This document shows, one piece after another, positions 24,280 to 28,033 of a DNA stretch of 28,033 bases. The notes beneath the pieces are model-generated. The model did not search any database and was not told where the DNA came from. It saw only the letters and a program-made list of their open reading frames with translations. The stretch covers positions 1-28,033 of the forward strand of contig JAUXBO010000001.1 in the NCBI GenBank assembly GCA_030619345.1, in the 5' to 3' direction. This DNA is from Candidatus Zixiibacteriota bacterium (GTDB lineage Bacteria > Zixibacteria > MSB-5A5 > GN15 > FEB-12). Numbering within the stretch: position 1 is the stretch's first letter; the number at the start of each line of letters is the position of its first letter. The translations under genes were made by a program, and so were the position numbers.

Positions 24280-24827
24280 GGAGCCTCCTCGGTTGTTCTC
24301 TTTATCTTCCGGCCAACTCTTTCGGCGCGGCGAATGAATTTGACCAATTTGTTTTTCATCTTTTTACGGGACCTGTGTAATTCCACTTTTATAGCGCTCT
24401 CAGTTTTCTTAAACATCTTGGCCAGTTCCGTAACCGACCATCCTTCCAGTTCATACAGCGTGATCGTGGCTCTTTCCGAGGGGCTAAGAGCCTCAAAAGC
24501 TCGTTCCAGCCATCGTTTTGCTACCAGAGCATCTTCCGTATTGGCTGATTCAAAATCAGCCAATAGCTCTTCGGTCAGGACCGTTCTTTTTCTCCACCAG
24601 GGTTGTCGAAATCGACTGCAGTAAGTTGTTACCACGATTCGGTACAACCAGGCTCGAAAAGAATTTGAATCGCGAAGATTTGCGAACGCTTTCAGTCCGA
24701 TTATCAGTGCATCATGCAGCAGGTCATTGCCGGAATCCGGATCGCCGGTCAACCGACAGCAATAGGCAGCAACTGCCTGGTAATGTGGTCTAAGCAGTTC
24801 CCAGAAAAGCTCGTTATCTTCGTGCAT
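24249..24827 (-). CDS. ECF RNA polymerase sigma factor
   Basis: Region 2 'GNDLLHDALI...SFRAWLYRIV'; region 4 'LSPSERATITLYELEGWSVTELAKMF...AIKVELHRSRKKM'; no regions 1.2 or 3. Confidence 0.93.
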   Translation of the reverse strand: MHEDNELFWELLRPHYQAVAAYCCRLTGDPDSGNDLLHDALIIGLKAFANLRDSNSFRAWLYRIVVTTYCSRFRQPWWRKRTVLTEELLADFESANTEDALVAKRWLERAFEALSPSERATITLYELEGWSVTELAKMFKKTESAIKVELHRSRKKMKNKLVKFIRRAERVGRKIKRTTEEAPCAAAKSVGD

Positions 24828-24835
24828 TCGTTATA

Positions 24836-24863
24836 AGATGTCTGAGATTTAGGTTTAGTTACA
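24836..24863 (-). promoter_or_regulatory. Candidate ECF-type autoregulatory promoter giving a leaderless or near-leaderless sigma mRNA
   Basis: Minus strand TGTAAC - 17 nt - CATCT, ending 8 nt before the sigma ATG; no SD is present. Confidence 0.45.
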
Positions 24864-24973
24864 TTTATTTTCATAGTCGGGACAATAATCCGGAATAGAA
24901 TACGATTGCCGACTCGTAGGTTATACAAAGATAGAATCAGTCCGTTGATAATCTCTAATCTAAGGAGAGAGCC

Positions 24974-25024
24974 ATGAGACGTTTTTCGATCTCCAGAGTA
25001 GCTCATTGTTGTTCATGCGGTTAG
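24974..25024 (+). CDS. Putative 16-aa Cys-rich small/leader peptide MRRFSISRVAHCCSCG
   Basis: Strong SD AAGGAG (24962-24967) lies 6 nt before the ATG; three Cys codons in the last five codons; TAG stop at 25022-25024; followed by a terminator-like hairpin. Confidence 0.5.
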   Translation: MRRFSISRVAHCCSCG

Positions 25025-25069
25025 AGCGATTTCTGGACAGGACTGAAAGCTGTTCGCTAATTCCTACAG

Positions 25070-25101
25070 GCCGGAGAACAGAACTGTTCTTTCCGGCTTT
25101 T
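25070..25101 (+). terminator. Intrinsic terminator-like hairpin downstream of the small ORF
   Basis: GCCGGAGAACA-GAAC-TGTTCTTTCCGGC-TTTT: 11-bp stem with a 2-nt bulge and a short T-tract. Confidence 0.6.
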
Positions 25102-25213
25102 CTAATACCGGAGAAAGCTCATCTCAATCGTGGAGTATGAGTCTCTATTTTTTTGGTTCAGCGGGAACTGCACGTAAGGGCCGATGGTTTAAATTGTGTG
25201 ATGACAACGGATA

Positions 25214-25540
25214 ATGGCCACCAACCAGATACCCTTAGGTTTGATTGTGACTGATCAGGAGATACTAAAAAAGCTGAGAGATTTCCCTTATCTTCGGGAA
25301 TATATCCAAAAAATCCCGTCCAACTGCTGGCCTTTGTTGCTTCCTGGCTCGGCTTGTGATTTTAAAGAACTTGAGGATGCGATTCGCGAATGTAGGGCCG
25401 AGGAAGAAATTCGAAATAGCGTTATGTCGGTTCAAATGAGGTTTGGGCTTCCGCTCCGACCGAATTTGAGTGTCCGGGAGACCTTGCTGCGTTTGAGAAT
25501 TCAAAAACTCAAGAAAAGACATCGGCCCCGTCGCAAATAG
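25214..25540 (+). CDS. Hypothetical protein, 108 aa, basic C-terminus
   Basis: ATG-initiated ORF filling the intergenic gap with plausible helical composition; weak RBS and no recognisable family. A minus-strand ORF of similar length overlaps it. Confidence 0.45.
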   Translation: MATNQIPLGLIVTDQEILKKLRDFPYLREYIQKIPSNCWPLLLPGSACDFKELEDAIRECRAEEEIRNSVMSVQMRFGLPLRPNLSVRETLLRLRIQKLKKRHRPRRK

Positions 25541-25547
25541 ATTACCG

Positions 25548-25576
25548 TTGACATCCCAGTTCGGAGCGCTAATACT
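25548..25576 (+). promoter_or_regulatory. Candidate sigma70 promoter immediately before the GNAT gene (leaderless or very short leader)
   Basis: Perfect TTGACA (25548-25553) - 17 nt - AATACT (25571-25576); ATG 9 nt further on with no SD. Confidence 0.45.
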
Positions 25577-25585
25577 GTTCCTGCA

Positions 25586-26350
25586 ATGCGACACCCATTA
25601 GAATACAAGATCGTCACGGCGGCCGAGTCTCCTGACTTAGTAATGAAGGCAAGCGAGCGAATTGACCGTGAATGGCCGGAGTTTATGCTCCACGATCCGG
25701 CTGCAGATTTGCTCGATCACTGTTACCGCGAGTTTGCAGAATGCCAGTTTGTTGTCGTTGAAATTGGCACTAGTCAAGTTGTGGCGTTGGGTAATTCGAT
25801 TCCGCTGGCCTATGACGGAGCCATCAGTGAACTTCCTGAGGATGGTTGGGATTGGGCGATCAAAAAAGGATTTGCCGACCTGGAAACCGGGGGTACTCCG
25901 ACTTTGCTTTGTGCCCTTCAGATAGTCGTGTTCGGTGACAACAGGGGAAAAGGGATAAGTCGGCGAGCAGTCGAAGAGATGAAAGAACTCGGCAAGTCCA
26001 AAGGCCTTCGGGGACTACTGGCTCCCGTGCGTCCGAATCGAAAGGCCGACTATCCTCTAATCTCCATAGACGATTACATAACCTGGAAGCGTGACGATAA
26101 TCAACCGTTCGATCCCTGGCTGCGTGTCCATCATAGTCTCGGTGCAGAACTAATCAAACCCTGTCATTCAGCCATGCGAATCACTGGTACGGTGAGGGAG
26201 TGGGAGAAGTGGACCGAAATGCAGTTCCCCCAGAGCGGCGACTATGTCATCCCCGGCGCACTCGTTCCTATTATGATTGACGTCCGGGCGGATTTTGGTA
26301 TTTATGTGGAGCCGAACGTCTGGATGTATCACCCGTCTTCGGATACGTGA
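25586..26350 (+). CDS. GNAT-family N-acetyltransferase (WPEF / FDPWLRVH / EPNVW subfamily)
   Basis: Acetyl-CoA motif 'LQIVVFGDNRGKGIS'; conserved 'EWPEFMLHD', 'APVRP', 'PFDPWLRVHHSLG', 'PGALVP', 'YVEPNVWMYH'. Confidence 0.88.
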   Translation: MRHPLEYKIVTAAESPDLVMKASERIDREWPEFMLHDPAADLLDHCYREFAECQFVVVEIGTSQVVALGNSIPLAYDGAISELPEDGWDWAIKKGFADLETGGTPTLLCALQIVVFGDNRGKGISRRAVEEMKELGKSKGLRGLLAPVRPNRKADYPLISIDDYITWKRDDNQPFDPWLRVHHSLGAELIKPCHSAMRITGTVREWEKWTEMQFPQSGDYVIPGALVPIMIDVRADFGIYVEPNVWMYHPSSDT

Positions 26351-26844
26351 ACGGGGAGAAGATAAGTTTGAACTTTGATCTTAGATTTATTCCTTTCACC
26401 CGTGATAACTGGGAGGAAGGACTGAAGCTGTCCGTACATCCCGAGCAGCAGAAATTTGCGCCAACAGTCGCTGAATCACTTGCCGCTGCCTATATCAAAC
26501 CGTGGGATGAAGAACTCGATCCGTACCTTATCTATGACGGAGACAAGTTGATAGGGTCTTTTTATCTGTCTTACACTCCGTCAACTAATGACGACTACTG
26601 GCTGGGGGGATTCATTATCGACAAGTAATACCAGCACCTTGGTTACGGTGAAGCGGCAGTGCTAAAAATGCTGGCTTTTGTGCCCAGGATGCACAACAAC
26701 TGCCGGGAAATACAACTCACTGTCGAAAAAGATAACGTTGTCGCACAGAAGCTCTATAAAAGTCTTGGCTTCGACGACACCGGTAAAGTCAACAAGTACG
26801 GTGAGATAGTCTATACGATTCCAGTTATTGATGCGCAGGAGTGA
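26347..26844 (+). pseudogene. GNAT-family acetyltransferase (spermidine acetyltransferase-like) interrupted by one in-frame TAA
   Basis: ORFs 26347-26628 and 26659-26844 share a frame. Reading through the TAA (26626-26628) gives ...GGFIIDK*YQHLGYGEAAV...LTVEKDNVVAQKLYKSLGF, a continuous 165-codon GNAT with motifs A and B. Confidence 0.85.
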
Positions 26845-26852
26845 ATCTGCAG

Positions 26853-28033
26853 TTACTTATCGGTTGTTTTGAATATGGCCACACCGGTCGAAAACGATAC
26901 CAGTCCAACCACAAGCAGTATTGACAGCGGCAGGGCCATTTCCTGTAATGTAAAGCCGCGCCAAATCGCCCCTTCAAGAGCGTAGATTCCCCACTTTACC
27001 GGGCTTATGTTGCTGATCGTCAGCATCCAGGATGGCATTGCCATCAGCGGTACCATCCCACCTCCAGTCATAGAAAAGACCAACAAGATTGCCCAACCGG
27101 CTCCTCCCACCGCCTGCTCAGTCTTTCCCATAACTGACATCAACATCATGAGACCGACGAAACAGATCGCGGTGCAGACAATCGCCAATCCTAACATAAT
27201 TGGATCAGGGGTTCTGACCGAAAAGATGAACTTGCCAATCGCCAGTAGGAGACAGCAGACCGTCACGGCAGCAATAAAGCAGGCGAGTCCCTTTCCTGCT
27301 AAAATCTGTCCGCGAGAAATCGGAGCTTGTCGAAGGCGCAACATTGTTCCGCTGGTACGCTCGACGACGATTCCGATAGCAAAGGCGGCTGTGCAGCCGA
27401 TCAAAGCCCAGAGAAGCGCCTGTGGGAAAGTGATTTCCCAGGCCGACCGTGGTCCCGTCTCGGTTCGTAAGACACTTTCGGTTTTGATTCTCGGTCCTTT
27501 CATGAATCCACCGGAGGATTCGGAATCCGAACTTGAGCCCGAACTCTGAGAACTCAGCGCCCCGGTATCGATCTGTTCGAGAAATCCACCTATCCCGGAA
27601 AGCATAGATGTGAGTGCATTCTTACCTTCCTGATTAATACTTGTATCGGTTTGGATGTTGCCGAGGATTTTCTGCACCTGCTTCTGACCGGCAGAGGGGG
27701 ACGAAAAAACATGCTGGATTTGAGCAAACCATGCCTGCATTATCAAGCCCTGCAGATAGCCAGCTTCGGCCGAGCGCGAAGGGTCCATTCCAACTATTAA
27801 GCTTGTATTCGTATCACCGTTAAAGAGATTCTCCATATCTCCAAAACCAGGTTCTATCTGCAGATAAGCGACCGCCTTACCCTGTCGAACCATCTGTTTT
27901 GCAGAATCCACGGACGCCCGCACGATAGTTAGTGAAGCCGATGAATCAAGCTTTGCTGTGAATGCACCTGAGGCATCACTGTTTGCACGATCGACGATAA
28001 CTACTTTCATCGAAGCGCGATTAGAACTGCCGC
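26853..28033 (-). CDS. ABC-2 type transporter permease, 5'-truncated at the window edge
   Basis: The frame stays open past 28010 to the window end (..GSSNRASMKVVIVD). 'IVVERTSGTMLRLRQAPISRGQILAGK' and six C-terminal TM segments ('GGGMVPL..MPSWM..ISNISPVKW'). Confidence 0.92.
   Translation of the reverse strand, partial: GSSNRASMKVVIVDRANSDASGAFTAKLDSSASLTIVRASVDSAKQMVRQGKAVAYLQIEPGFGDMENLFNGDTNTSLIVGMDPSRSAEAGYLQGLIMQAWFAQIQHVFSSPSAGQKQVQKILGNIQTDTSINQEGKNALTSMLSGIGGFLEQIDTGALSSQSSGSSSDSESSGGFMKGPRIKTESVLRTETGPRSAWEITFPQALLWALIGCTAAFAIGIVVERTSGTMLRLRQAPISRGQILAGKGLACFIAAVTVCCLLLAIGKFIFSVRTPDPIMLGLAIVCTAICFVGLMMLMSVMGKTEQAVGGAGWAILLVFSMTGGGMVPLMAMPSWMLTISNISPVKWGIYALEGAIWRGFTLQEMALPLSILLVVGLVSFSTGVAIFKTTDK

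Noticed and set aside
14867-24793. Nested or antisense ORFs within the peptidase, RND, DUF1573 and sigma genes (e.g. 15113-15493, 20550-21113, 24334-24624)
   Set aside because: Fully overlap confidently assigned CDSs and show no family signatures.
24749-25006. 85-aa minus-strand ORF upstream of and overlapping the sigma gene
   Set aside because: Overlaps the sigma start in another frame, crosses the promoter region and has no motif; likely spurious.
24992-25064. tRNA-like words (TAGCTCA...GGTTAGAGC, GGACTGAAA, GTTCG...ATTCC)
   Set aside because: The D-loop would be 19 nt, there is no proper anticodon or T stem, and the would-be acceptor 5' strand pairs locally at 25031-25037. It cannot fold as a cloverleaf, so it is treated as part of the leader structure.
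25265-25594. 109-aa minus-strand ORF opposite the 108-aa hypothetical
   Set aside because: Overlaps the GNAT start and its promoter, and runs against the local gene orientation. The plus-strand ORF is preferred, though neither is proven.
26626-26628. Stop-codon reassignment (alternative genetic code)
   Set aside because: TAA, TAG and TGA all terminate well-defined genes in this window at expected protein ends.
1-28033. Mobile elements, prophage or defence genes
   Set aside because: No transposase, integrase, phage, nuclease or terminal-inverted-repeat signatures were recognised.

Overview
Bacterial Gram-negative chromosomal window with standard stop-codon usage; no mobile element, CRISPR array, rRNA or canonical tRNA is recognisable. 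The gene style (YPNPF-type C-terminal sorting domain, PorV-like barrel, DUF1573) suggests an FCB-superphylum lineage such as Zixibacteria; this is inference only. (1) 3-14378 (+): a tightly coupled six-gene operon encoding a giant (>2660 aa, 5'-truncated) repeat-rich surface protein with a T9SS type-A/FlgD-like C-terminal domain, a PorV-family beta-barrel fused to TPRs, a membrane sensor-HAMP-PP2C phosphatase, a STAS/RsbW-kinase fusion, a stand-alone STAS protein and an orphan GAF-PAS histidine kinase. This is the best candidate for an undescribed trans-envelope signalling system. (2) A hidden 35-aa hydrophobic ORF on the minus strand with a perfect Shine-Dalgarno. (3) A tandem M14 carboxypeptidase pair, the first catalytically degenerate and the second intact, followed by an RND adaptor and permease. 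(4) A minus-strand ECF sigma / zinc anti-sigma / DUF1573 operon. (5) A 16-aa Cys-rich small ORF within alternative RNA hairpins and a terminator, then a hypothetical ORF, a GNAT and a second GNAT split by one in-frame TAA. (6) An ABC-2 permease truncated at the right edge.
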